A stretch of 54,755 bases of DNA from Verrucomicrobiota bacterium (GTDB taxonomy: Bacteria > Verrucomicrobiota > Verrucomicrobiia > Verrucomicrobiales > Akkermansiaceae): contig JBKDYW010000189.1 in NCBI GenBank assembly GCA_046308575.1, positions 1 to 54,755 on the forward strand, in the 5' to 3' direction. The notes below the pieces were generated by a model, which worked only from the letters and a program-made list of their open reading frames with translations, did no database searches and was not told where the DNA came from. Shown here in pieces: positions 1 to 8,826 of this stretch (its first letter is position 1; each line of letters begins with the position of its first letter). Made by a program: the position numbers and the translations under genes.

Positions 1-405
1 CCCGGCGACCCGAAACATTCGAAAAACATCGAAGTCATTTCGGTGATCGACCGCTTCCTCGAACACGCCCGCATCTTCCATTTCCTCCAAGGCGGCGATT
101 CGGAAGTCTACATCGCCTCCGCCGATTGGATGACCCGCAACCTCGAGAAACGCGTCGAGCTGATGGTCCCCATCGCCGAGCCCACCCTCAAACGCCGCCT
201 TATCCGCATCCTCGAAACCTACTTCAACGACGAGACCCAGGCCTCGCGCATCCTCCCCAACGGCAGTTCCACCCGCGTCACCAAACCCACCCGCGGCAAA
301 GGCCTCCGTGCTCAGGAACATTTTTACCAACAAGCCAAAAAAGCCGCCAAGGCCCGCGAACATGAACGCGCCATGACCTTCGAACCCCACCGCCCAGCGG
401 ATTGA
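1..405 (+). CDS. ppk1: Polyphosphate kinase 1, C-terminal fragment (gene begins before the window)
   Basis: Frame is open from base 1. Motifs SVIDRFLEHARIFHF and YIASADWMTRNLEKRVE are characteristic of the PPK1 C-terminal PLD-like domain. Confidence 0.93.
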   Translation, partial: PGDPKHSKNIEVISVIDRFLEHARIFHFLQGGDSEVYIASADWMTRNLEKRVELMVPIAEPTLKRRLIRILETYFNDETQASRILPNGSSTRVTKPTRGKGLRAQEHFYQQAKKAAKAREHERAMTFEPHRPAD

Positions 406-445
406 GGCTGAAGGTGGTAAAGAGAAAGCGAACTCTTCACCGTGG

Positions 446-464
446 TGGCGGATTTCATCCGCCA
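446..464. repeat. Short palindrome/hairpin downstream of ppk1 (REP-like or terminator stem)
   Basis: TGGCGGAT-TTC-ATCCGCCA forms an 8-bp stem. There is no clear U-tract. Confidence 0.35.
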
Positions 465-625
465 AACCCTCACTTCACCAACTCGTCTACATCATCCTCG
501 GCACCGCTCGCGTCGCCTGCATTCACAGCTTTGTTGACTTCGACAATTGCATCGTCAACATTGTAGGTGGCATTGAATAACAACACCCCTTGTTGCGTTC
601 AATGTGGCAACCAACTGCTAGCCCA

Positions 626-1270
626 ATGAGTGCAAACACCCCCCGAATACAAATGGATGCCGGTCTCGAGATCGGCTATGGCACCCCCCTCGCACGCGTC
701 GGAACCAACATAAGCCTGAGCTCCGGCACCCATTTCCTCGTCGCGCGAAACGGGCGAGGGAAAACCACGCTTTTGCGCACTCTCGCTGGCAGCATCAAGC
801 CGGTATCGGGTCATTTTGAAATGCACGGATTCGTGCAATACCTCGCCGAAAACATCCGCTTCGACCAAGAGCTTCCCACCAAGAGGATCTTTCATGCGCT
901 GCTGCCAAAAGGCGGTGTCGATGATGCATTCGCGCTGGCCGACCGCACGGAACTCGATGTCACCAAGCCCTATGGCAAGCTTTCCACCGGTAACAAACGC
1001 AAAGCGAACCTCATCGTCGCCGAATGCTCGACCCACCCGGATGGCAACATCCTCCTACTCGACGAACCGCTGAGCGGACTCGATGTATTCGTCCGCCAAA
1101 CTTTCGAGGAACTTTGGCACAATTCGAACAAGGGCATTCTCCGATTGGTCAGCTGCCACCCGGATTATGACTCGATGGAAATGCCAAGCAGCTTGCTCAT
1201 CGAAGATGGACACATCCGCCACCTCAACGAACCCGGCCAAAAGTGGAGCGACCTGAAAGGCCTCATCTAA
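626..1270 (+). CDS. ABC transporter ATP-binding protein (PilH-like, pilus-locus associated)
   Basis: Walker A variant ARNGRGKTT, signature LSTGN, Walker B LLLDEP and H-loop SCH. Start uncertain (590, 602 or 626). Confidence 0.85.
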   Translation: MSANTPRIQMDAGLEIGYGTPLARVGTNISLSSGTHFLVARNGRGKTTLLRTLAGSIKPVSGHFEMHGFVQYLAENIRFDQELPTKRIFHALLPKGGVDDAFALADRTELDVTKPYGKLSTGNKRKANLIVAECSTHPDGNILLLDEPLSGLDVFVRQTFEELWHNSNKGILRLVSCHPDYDSMEMPSSLLIEDGHIRHLNEPGQKWSDLKGLI

Positions 1271-1391
1271 CAGAAACTGCAAAATTTGCATCGCCGTTTG
1301 ACAGCGGCACATCCCGAGCTACCGATGTATTGGTGATCAAAGGTTTTTTTCACCTGCGATCATCCGGATTCGGTCCTCACCACCGACGCCC

Positions 1392-2192
1392 ATGAACCCG
1401 CAAACACCCATCTCGCTGCTGACCAGCCTCGCGCTGGCGGCAGCAGCATGCGGGAGTTCCCTAACAGAACGGCTCACAACCACTCATGAGGGATTTCTCA
1501 AGGAACGACGCACCGCGCTTGCCTCGTTGAGCGACCCCTTCGGCATCCCGCAAAAACCGCGAAAAGTGCTCGAATCGCAGGATCCCTGGCTCGTTGGCTG
1601 GAAGGATTTTATCGCCGCCACAGTCTTCTGGATCGGTGAGAAACCGACCGAAAACAACCCGACTCCGAACAACCGTAGCGCATGGGATCAGAACTGGGAA
1701 AAAAATTTCGGCGGCTACGACGACCCAAACAATCGCTCGGGATACAAACCCGCAGGATTCACTCCGCGGCTCAATCAATTTTATGTCGCACTCCCGTACA
1801 ACGACCTCCTGCCCGATGGATCCCATCGCCCCGAGGCCCCTGAGATGATCCCATGGTTCTGGCGGAGCTACATGGGCAAGGGCATCTCCGTCTGCAAGGG
1901 CCGCTGGATCAGCATCCGCCACGGCAACAAAACCTGCTATGCGCAGTGGGAAGATGTCGGCCCCTTCGAGGTCGACCACTGGCAGTATGTTTTCGGAAAC
2001 GAAAATCCGCGCCCCAATCGCAACGGCAATGCCGGCATCGACCTCAGCCCGGCCGTCCGCGACTACCTCGGCATCACCAGCGGCACTCCAATCTCATGGC
2101 GCTTTGTCGAAAACGAGGAAGTACCCCACGGCCCATGGATCCATGAAAAATCGAAGCCCGCAAAAAATGAAATCACCCTCGGCGAAAATTGA
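1392..2192 (+). CDS. Exported protein with a DPBB/RlpA-like (lytic transglycosylase/expansin-like) domain
   Basis: Signal peptide with possible lipobox AAAC. Motifs ATVFW..., YVALP, W-I-x-I-R...YAQWEDVGPF and GIDLSPAV match the double-psi beta-barrel pattern (D-x-GP, IDLS). Confidence 0.6.
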   Translation: MNPQTPISLLTSLALAAAACGSSLTERLTTTHEGFLKERRTALASLSDPFGIPQKPRKVLESQDPWLVGWKDFIAATVFWIGEKPTENNPTPNNRSAWDQNWEKNFGGYDDPNNRSGYKPAGFTPRLNQFYVALPYNDLLPDGSHRPEAPEMIPWFWRSYMGKGISVCKGRWISIRHGNKTCYAQWEDVGPFEVDHWQYVFGNENPRPNRNGNAGIDLSPAVRDYLGITSGTPISWRFVENEEVPHGPWIHEKSKPAKNEITLGEN

Positions 2193-2195
2193 ATC

Positions 2196-2753
2196 ATGAA
2201 AACAAAACCCACCCTCATTCACACCCTCTTCGCGATCGCTCTCACCGCTGCCCACATCGCAAGCGCCGAGCCCGAAATGCGCGATGCCGCCACTCACGAG
2301 GAACTACAAAAAAAATCACACGCAGCAGTCATCCAGGATCCAATGAAAAAACTGCCACCCGCCAACGAGTCGGACCCTGCAAAAGATGCACCCAAAGACC
2401 TGATAAGCCAGTCGGACATTCTCAGCTTCGACGGCACATTCACACTCGTTCCAAAACGCGCGATCCTCGCCATTCCCAAAGATCTCGAAAAACGCACGCA
2501 GCTTGCGGACGCCACCAAGCTCGTCGGCTGGGCGGAATTTCACGCCAACAACCGCGGATGGATCACCACCGTCGAAGTCACCCGCGAACAAGCGGAAGGC
2601 AACTCACCGATCGATGAAGACATTCTTAACAGCTTCAAGGACAGCACGACCATCGTCGTGGCCACCTACCACGGCGGCCCAATTTCAATCCTTCCACCCA
2701 AAGCACCACCCGCCGAAGAAAAACCCGCCGAAGACCCAGCCTCAAAACCTTAA
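2196..2753 (+). CDS. Secreted hypothetical protein
   Basis: Signal peptide ending ASA-E and a Pro/Ala/Glu-rich tail. Starts 3 nt after the previous stop codon. Confidence 0.7.
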   Translation: MKTKPTLIHTLFAIALTAAHIASAEPEMRDAATHEELQKKSHAAVIQDPMKKLPPANESDPAKDAPKDLISQSDILSFDGTFTLVPKRAILAIPKDLEKRTQLADATKLVGWAEFHANNRGWITTVEVTREQAEGNSPIDEDILNSFKDSTTIVVATYHGGPISILPPKAPPAEEKPAEDPASKP

Positions 2754-2762
2754 AGCCACTCT

Positions 2763-3383
2763 TCAATCCTTTACCGCATCCCCCTCCTTCGCCGCTCCCG
2801 GCTCCTTGCTCAACTCCAGCCTCAAATTGTCATTCCGATACACGAGCGAAAATCTCGCCTCCTTGCTCTGACGCAACAAATCCTCCACCTCGGTAAACAC
2901 CAACAAAAGCATCATCCCCTTCACCGGCTCACGATGAAAAGAAATCTTCCTGGTCGCAAATTTGTCCACCACCGAGCGCTCCTGCTGGTTGGCGGTCAAG
3001 GCACCATGACGCGCGGTCAACTCACGCCGCATTTCCTCAAATCGGGCCTCCATCAGATCGGCCGAAGCGTCGGGGTCGGAATAATGAACCGTGAGCTCAT
3101 AAAGCCGGCCATTCAAAAAGCGTGCCTCCAACGCCGATGCTTTGTGCTCGGGCAAAAATCCCTTGGACGGCTGGATCTTGAGAATCCGCAACGCAGGCTG
3201 ATCCCCCGGCTGCATGATGTTCAGATCGAGCGATTGACGCGTCGCCCATGCGACCAACTTTTCCGGAGAGTCGCCCCAGTTCAATCCGAAGGGCGGATTC
3301 ATCTCGGCCTGGGCCAAGCAAGTTCCCGCCGCGAGGAACATGCCAAGCACACCGCACAAAACCATTCGGGCAAGCCGCATCAT
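2763..3383 (-). CDS. Exported hypothetical protein (opposite strand, inside the pilus locus)
   Basis: Signal peptide MMRLARMVLCGVLGMFLAAGTCLA followed by PPFGLNWG, a typical start for small exported alpha/beta domains. Start uncertain (3365-3434). Confidence 0.65.
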   Translation of the reverse strand: MMRLARMVLCGVLGMFLAAGTCLAQAEMNPPFGLNWGDSPEKLVAWATRQSLDLNIMQPGDQPALRILKIQPSKGFLPEHKASALEARFLNGRLYELTVHYSDPDASADLMEARFEEMRRELTARHGALTANQQERSVVDKFATRKISFHREPVKGMMLLLVFTEVEDLLRQSKEARFSLVYRNDNLRLELSKEPGAAKEGDAVKD

Positions 3384-3392
3384 GCCCATCTC

Positions 3393-3884
3393 CTGCGGCA
3401 TTTCACGCCACGAAGCAAGCCCCGATCCTGCCACCGCGCCTTCGCGTTGGTCGAAATCACTCTCGCACTTTCCATGCTCACCGTCATCGGGCTCTTCATG
3501 CTCAAGATCTCACTCGACATCCTCGCACCGCGCCAATGGGCACTGCAACAAGCCCTCAGCGATGCCCACATGACCTACGAACGCGCCTATGCCGAACGCC
3601 TGCCATTCGACAGCCTGCTCGCCAATGATTCGCCATGGCCGGCCTTTCCCAACACCGCCAGCAGCGCAGTGGAAATCGGCCGACTCCCAGGCGGCACACC
3701 CGTGACCGGCACCATCCACCGCACGCGCCTGCCCGATGCGGAAAACCATCCGGTCGATGGTGGCAATGGCGATGAAACCAATAACACCGCCGCAATGAAA
3801 GTTTGGACAGTCCTAAGCGTGCTCACCTACCAAATCGGCGGACGCTCCTACGCCAAATCCCGGACCGTGATCCGATCCCAATGA
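3393..3884 (+). CDS. Minor pilin / pseudopilin (PilV/GspI-position)
   Basis: Class III signal RSKPRSCHRA|FALVE plus a hydrophobic helix. The stop overlaps the next ATG (ATGA). There is no nearby ATG, so CTG at 3393 is an assumed start. Confidence 0.7.
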   Translation: MRHFTPRSKPRSCHRAFALVEITLALSMLTVIGLFMLKISLDILAPRQWALQQALSDAHMTYERAYAERLPFDSLLANDSPWPAFPNTASSAVEIGRLPGGTPVTGTIHRTRLPDAENHPVDGGNGDETNNTAAMKVWTVLSVLTYQIGGRSYAKSRTVIRSQ

Positions 3885-4411
3885 CAATCCGCAAACCAAG
3901 CATCCGAAGAGCCTTCACGCTCATCGAACTCTCCCTTGCCATCGGCATCGGCATGGCGGTCTCCGCCCTTTCACTGGCTCTGTTTCAACAACAACTCTCA
4001 TTCCTCAACATCTTTCGCTCGCAATCGTTTCTCACCGAAGAAGTGCCGGTCATCAACATGCATGTCAGCAAACTCGTCGGCAAAGCCGAGCGCTTCAGAC
4101 TCCACGCCACGGTCGAGGAAGCACTCAGCGGTCTCTCACCACGCCTCACGCCATCGCCGGTCCTGATCCTCAACTTTCGCCAACCCGACGGCTCCGTCCG
4201 CGCATCGATCCTGTCCTTCGAAAACCGCGGCAGCGGCAAAGCACTCTACCATTATGTGGTTTCCGAAGATGGCCAGCTCAATGCCCCCCAATGGCATGTC
4301 ACCAAAGCTCCGCGCGATGTCTCATTTGCAGTCGAACAAGGGATCCTGCGCATGACCCTTACCGGCCCGAACAACGAACGCGTCACCTACTCGGGCGCAA
4401 TGACCCAATGA
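3881..4411 (+). CDS. Minor pilin / pseudopilin (PilW/GspJ-position)
   Basis: MTIRKPSIRRA|FTLIELSLAIGIG prepilin cleavage/methylation motif. ATGA overlaps on both sides. Confidence 0.85.
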   Translation: MTIRKPSIRRAFTLIELSLAIGIGMAVSALSLALFQQQLSFLNIFRSQSFLTEEVPVINMHVSKLVGKAERFRLHATVEEALSGLSPRLTPSPVLILNFRQPDGSVRASILSFENRGSGKALYHYVVSEDGQLNAPQWHVTKAPRDVSFAVEQGILRMTLTGPNNERVTYSGAMTQ

Positions 4412-6552
4412 AAATTTCCGCCACAAAACACCATGCCGTGGGCTACGCCTCCGTGCTCATGGTGCTTTCGATGGGCACGCTGCTGCTCATGCTGGCAATT
4501 TTTTCCTACCGCAGGGCCGTGAGCGCACACTCGATCCAGTCAGCCGTGCAACTGCGCGTCGACTATCAGGAAAAGGAAGACGCGATCCTTCGCTCGATCG
4601 TCGCCATCACCCCCAACCGCGCGATCCGCGCGATGCGGCACATGTCGGAATCGGAAAACGCCGCCAATGCCTCACTCACCTGGGAAGGCATTTTCACCGA
4701 TGCCCTCGCACTCGCAAATGCGGGCCAATCGATTTCCAGCGATGTACTCGCCGCCATCTCCACAGGGCAAACGCAGATCTCTGCAAATTCAGGCGACTCA
4801 CCACCCGGCGATCCCGACGCAATTTTCAAGTCGCCCGAAAATCCCAACGCCCATGTCGCCGCAGGCATCAACCGCAACCTCGGCCCGCGCTACCCGGTCC
4901 CGCTCAACTGCAACGATTCGTCGGACACCACACGCGACTCGGTCTGGCCGATTATATCAAACAGCAAAAAATACGGAAACCTCGCACAAGCAGGCGTCGC
5001 ACTGCCAGTCGCAACCTATCAGGACTTCAACCTGATCAATTACCCGAACATCAACTTCGGCTACTCAAAACCCGGACAACCCTTCGTCGCCAAACGCAAC
5101 TGGTGGGCATTCGACATCAACCTCAGTGCGCAGGACTCGGCCAAAACCCGCATCACCAATCCGAAACGCAGCATGGTGCTGTCGATTTACGAGATCCCCT
5201 CACAACTCGCCATCTCGTCATCGGCCTTCATGAGCCTCGGCCGCAATGCCGTCGGCGCCACCTGGGGCGACATCAACATCACCGGCGGCGTATTCGCCGG
5301 CCGCGCAGTGGTCGAAGGCAACGCCAGCCTATCCGCCATCGCCACTCGCCGCGGCGCATCCATCGGCGCCCAATCAAGCGTCGGCAACATGAGCTTCGAA
5401 AATGACCCCTTCGCACCCGGCCTTCGCGAAAGCCACTACCTCACAAGCGGCGATTTCTTCCCCGTCTCGCTTGCCTCGGAAAGCGGACGCGCCGCCTTCG
5501 TGTCCATCAACCGCGGCGCGGATTTCTTCGACCGCTTCTCACACGAACCCGAAGTCGACACGCTCTCATCAACCACATGGAACCAATACTCGGTTGGCGC
5601 GCTGCAATGCGCAATGCGGCTCGATGTCGTCGATACCGTGAGCCCCGCCGACAAAACTCCATCCGCGCTTCGTTTTTCCTACTTCAAAAACGGCGAGCGC
5701 CAGGAGCTTGTCGTGCCACAAACAGCCAACTCCGAAGCGGGACTGCCACAAGGCTACATTCCCTGTGCCGGACCAAGCCAAAGTCACGACTTCGGCACTG
5801 CCGTGGTCGATGTAGCTTATGGCGGCAACGGTGTCTTCGCATTCAAAAATGCGGTCACCGGACTCGTCACCTTCAACGAAGCAACCTTCGGTCCACTGCC
5901 GCCCGAAATTCCGAAATACGGATACTTCAAACCCAGCTTCCCCTTCGAAGCCACCACCTTGCCCAATGGCAAAAATTGCATCGCCATCTATCCACAACGC
6001 TTCGCGAATTTTCTCACCGCCCTCAATGCCGATGGCACCCACATCAACCACTCGCTCGTGGTCAATGTCGATTACACCATCGCCACCGGCAGCGCGAACC
6101 TCTCAAAGCCATCCATTCCCTGCACCGACCTCGACTACGGACTCATCCTCAAGGAATGCGCCAACATGAGCTCATTCACCAAAGGCTTTTCACTGGTCAC
6201 CAACCTCCGGCTCTACCTCGGCGATGACTTCAACATCACACCTACCACTCCGCCCACCGGCTACAATCCACCCAGCGCCTACTACCCACCCTGCTCGATC
6301 TTCGCACCGGAAAAACGCTACGGCGTCGATGTCGAACCGCTCGGCGTGAACCTCTCCGGTCAAGTCGGATCCCTCGCAAGCGAATCTGCCACATCACCCG
6401 TCCGACCTCTCGAAAGCAAAACCATCAGCGGCGCAAGCATCGATGGCAAAAACATCAAAGCCAACCTCCGCCCGATCACTCACCCGGCCGAACTCCCACC
6501 GGTAACGATGATGAACTGGCTCATCCTCATCGAAGAAATACGGGGCGAGTGA
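4408..6552 (+). CDS. Large PilX/GspK-like minor pilin with a ~650-aa globular extension (candidate tip adhesin)
   Basis: MKISATKHHAVG|YASVLMVL lacks Glu5, as PilX/GspK do, and is followed by a hydrophobic helix. Third gene of the coupled minor pilin trio; 714 aa. Confidence 0.7.
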   Translation: MKISATKHHAVGYASVLMVLSMGTLLLMLAIFSYRRAVSAHSIQSAVQLRVDYQEKEDAILRSIVAITPNRAIRAMRHMSESENAANASLTWEGIFTDALALANAGQSISSDVLAAISTGQTQISANSGDSPPGDPDAIFKSPENPNAHVAAGINRNLGPRYPVPLNCNDSSDTTRDSVWPIISNSKKYGNLAQAGVALPVATYQDFNLINYPNINFGYSKPGQPFVAKRNWWAFDINLSAQDSAKTRITNPKRSMVLSIYEIPSQLAISSSAFMSLGRNAVGATWGDINITGGVFAGRAVVEGNASLSAIATRRGASIGAQSSVGNMSFENDPFAPGLRESHYLTSGDFFPVSLASESGRAAFVSINRGADFFDRFSHEPEVDTLSSTTWNQYSVGALQCAMRLDVVDTVSPADKTPSALRFSYFKNGERQELVVPQTANSEAGLPQGYIPCAGPSQSHDFGTAVVDVAYGGNGVFAFKNAVTGLVTFNEATFGPLPPEIPKYGYFKPSFPFEATTLPNGKNCIAIYPQRFANFLTALNADGTHINHSLVVNVDYTIATGSANLSKPSIPCTDLDYGLILKECANMSSFTKGFSLVTNLRLYLGDDFNITPTTPPTGYNPPSAYYPPCSIFAPEKRYGVDVEPLGVNLSGQVGSLASESATSPVRPLESKTISGASIDGKNIKANLRPITHPAELPPVTMMNWLILIEEIRGE

Positions 6553-6808
6553 AAAAATTCGGCGATTCTAACGACCTTTTGAAAAAAAGAAATAAAAAAT
6601 CGCACCAGTGAAAAATTTACAATCAAACATATACATGTAATCGGATCGAAATTTTTACCCGCCAGACCCGCATCGAAAATATTTTGGATTTTTTTCATTT
6701 CTTTGTTGAATTTCTTCTTATCGCGTAATACCTATAAATATATAACTCGTCGTAGAAGTTTTTATAACAATTTCCACGCGCTGTTCAACCCAATCACCAC
6801 CCAAAACC
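6550..6808. promoter_or_regulatory. AT-rich intergenic regulatory region with repeated TGAAAAA(A/T)TT motifs
   Basis: Strongly AT-rich against the GC-rich flanks. Motif copies at 6550, 6609 and, in reverse, 6646-6658. Confidence 0.5.
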
Positions 6809-7678
6809 GTGAAAACGCACCCACCCACACGGATCCTCACCACTCTATTGGCACTTTTTCCAGCCATCGCACCGGATCAGGCATCGGCACAACAGGCAGC
6901 CTCAGCATCCCGCATTCCGGTCACTCCCGACGGGCTTCTCAATGCCTACCCATCCGTCGTTCAAACCGGAACCAAGCCAACCCTTAGCTGGAACATCCTT
7001 CACCCCAGCAAGGTCAGCGACCTCGTCGAAGTCGACCCTCCTGGTACGCTCATTGCCACATCGAATGTGTATGCCTCCGTGCAAATCGTAGGTTCAAATG
7101 CTGGCACGATCGCCAACGGCGCAGGCACTCCGGTCAGCATACCCACCGATGCACGCCTGAGCTTCAACGGTGGCGCCTATGCGCAGATCTTTTTCGGCAC
7201 CCAATCGAATGTCGACCCCGTTGACCAGCTCTACATCAAGAAAATGCAGCCGGGCGACACACTGGATTTCGGCGGACGCTCAGTTCAAAACGGCAGCTGG
7301 ACGCCTTTCTACACGAGCCGCAGCTCCAACTTCCAAGTGGTTTCCCTCACCCACGGCCAAACTCCGCCAATCGGCTTCAATCTCTCGCAATCAGCCACAC
7401 TCAACAACTTCCTTAGGCCCTACCTCGACGCCTCCGGCAAGGTCAACATCGGCCCGCTCAGCGTGCTTGTGCTCATGGAACTCGGAACAAACGACCACAA
7501 CAGCCAAAGCTTCGACCTCCAGGATCAGGTCCTGCTGGTGACCTTCAGCAAAAAACATCCCAACAACGGCCACGGCAACAACCTCGATGGCGTCGATTCC
7601 TCCAACCCCGGCCAAGGCAAAGGCGGACCCAATGGCGCCGTCGACCCTTCGGGCGGCATCGATGACGAAGCTCGTTGA
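6809..7678 (+). CDS. Secreted protein with a C-terminal NNGHGNNxDGVDSSNPG low-complexity motif
   Basis: GTG start, signal peptide ending ASA-Q and a beta-rich body. Contains ELG...FDLQDQVLLV (DUF4114-like ending, by recollection) and a Gly/Asn/Asp tail. Confidence 0.75.
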   Translation: MKTHPPTRILTTLLALFPAIAPDQASAQQAASASRIPVTPDGLLNAYPSVVQTGTKPTLSWNILHPSKVSDLVEVDPPGTLIATSNVYASVQIVGSNAGTIANGAGTPVSIPTDARLSFNGGAYAQIFFGTQSNVDPVDQLYIKKMQPGDTLDFGGRSVQNGSWTPFYTSRSSNFQVVSLTHGQTPPIGFNLSQSATLNNFLRPYLDASGKVNIGPLSVLVLMELGTNDHNSQSFDLQDQVLLVTFSKKHPNNGHGNNLDGVDSSNPGQGKGGPNGAVDPSGGIDDEAR

Positions 7679-7803
7679 ACTACAAAAATGCTCCCAACTG
7701 CATTAAAGTGAAAAATTTCGATCCAGAAAATTCCAAGTCTACAGCCCTATGAGATAATAAATCGAATAAGGCTGCCTTGGCTGCGTCACAAAAGACACAA
7801 GCC

Positions 7804-8826
7804 ATGAAAACCACTCCATTCACACTTATTGCAACAGCTCTGATGAGCTTGTTTGCAACAGCACAGAATGGAACCACCTATGTCAATTTCATCAGGCAGG
7901 TGCAATTCCCCAGCGGCGTCCAGTGGGATGCGACGATTGCAGCATCGGGCGAACAACTTTCAAACCTGGCCATCGATCCGGGTGGCGCCCGTTTCGAACT
8001 CTGGACCGTTCAGTCCACTCCACTCGCCAGCTACATTCTCGATTCCCGTTATGTCGGCACCTACATCCCAATGGCCGAAGTCACCCTTCGCTCAGAAGAT
8101 GGATCATCAACAATCCCAAGAACCCGCGCCGACAGACCGTTTTATGTGGATGTAACAGTCGAGGGACTTCACGACGGAGAGTCCGAACCTGAGGCCTCGA
8201 AAAAAGTCCGTTTCCTCCGCCATGTGCAATCCTACGGAGCGAATGGCACTGGCATCGGCATCGATCGCACTCAAGCGACACTGGTGAGCCAAAGCTTCAT
8301 CAACAAGAACGGCAGCACCACACTCACCTACCTCATCAATGCCGTGCCCGGCGCCAACCGCGCCAAAGTCCGCGGCGAGGAACGCTTCTCGATCTTCTCG
8401 CTCGAAGACTACCAAGCCCCAGCCTCACAACTGGCATCACGCTTCATCCAGATCTGGCCGGTGGCCGATGGCACGATCAGCGGCATCGTGAATGACCAAT
8501 TCATCCGCTACAACCTCCCGCAGCTCACGCTCACACTCAACGACCTCTACCCGAACTCAACGACTTACGCCCAAGTCTACAAAGGCAATCCAAGTCTCGG
8601 CACCAACGGCACGATCGTTCCCGGATCCGCACTCGTCATCCAAGAGTCAGTTCCGCAAAACCGCGTGCTCACGCTCAAGAACTACGAGTCCGTCTTCGAT
8701 TCCGACGGACGCTGGACGATGGAAATCGTCACCAAAACCCCGTTCGGAACCGACCGCCTTGCCTATGTGAGCTTCGACATCGATCGCACGATGAAGCTCA
8801 ACACCAACATGAGCACCATCGAATGA
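7804..8826 (+). CDS. Secreted beta-rich hypothetical protein
   Basis: Signal peptide MKTTPFTLIATALMSLFATA-Q; 340 aa, Thr/Ser/Val-rich. Confidence 0.75.
   Translation: MKTTPFTLIATALMSLFATAQNGTTYVNFIRQVQFPSGVQWDATIAASGEQLSNLAIDPGGARFELWTVQSTPLASYILDSRYVGTYIPMAEVTLRSEDGSSTIPRTRADRPFYVDVTVEGLHDGESEPEASKKVRFLRHVQSYGANGTGIGIDRTQATLVSQSFINKNGSTTLTYLINAVPGANRAKVRGEERFSIFSLEDYQAPASQLASRFIQIWPVADGTISGIVNDQFIRYNLPQLTLTLNDLYPNSTTYAQVYKGNPSLGTNGTIVPGSALVIQESVPQNRVLTLKNYESVFDSDGRWTMEIVTKTPFGTDRLAYVSFDIDRTMKLNTNMSTIE

Noticed and set aside
2934-3392. 5' extension of the 316-aa ORF 2934-3884
   Set aside because: It is the antisense shadow of the 2763-3383 gene. Only the part from the prepilin leader onward looks like a real protein.
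6703-6987. 94-aa ORF starting in the AT-rich spacer (also 6480-6698 and 8647-9456 on the minus strand)
   Set aside because: Atypical composition and overlap with better-supported genes.
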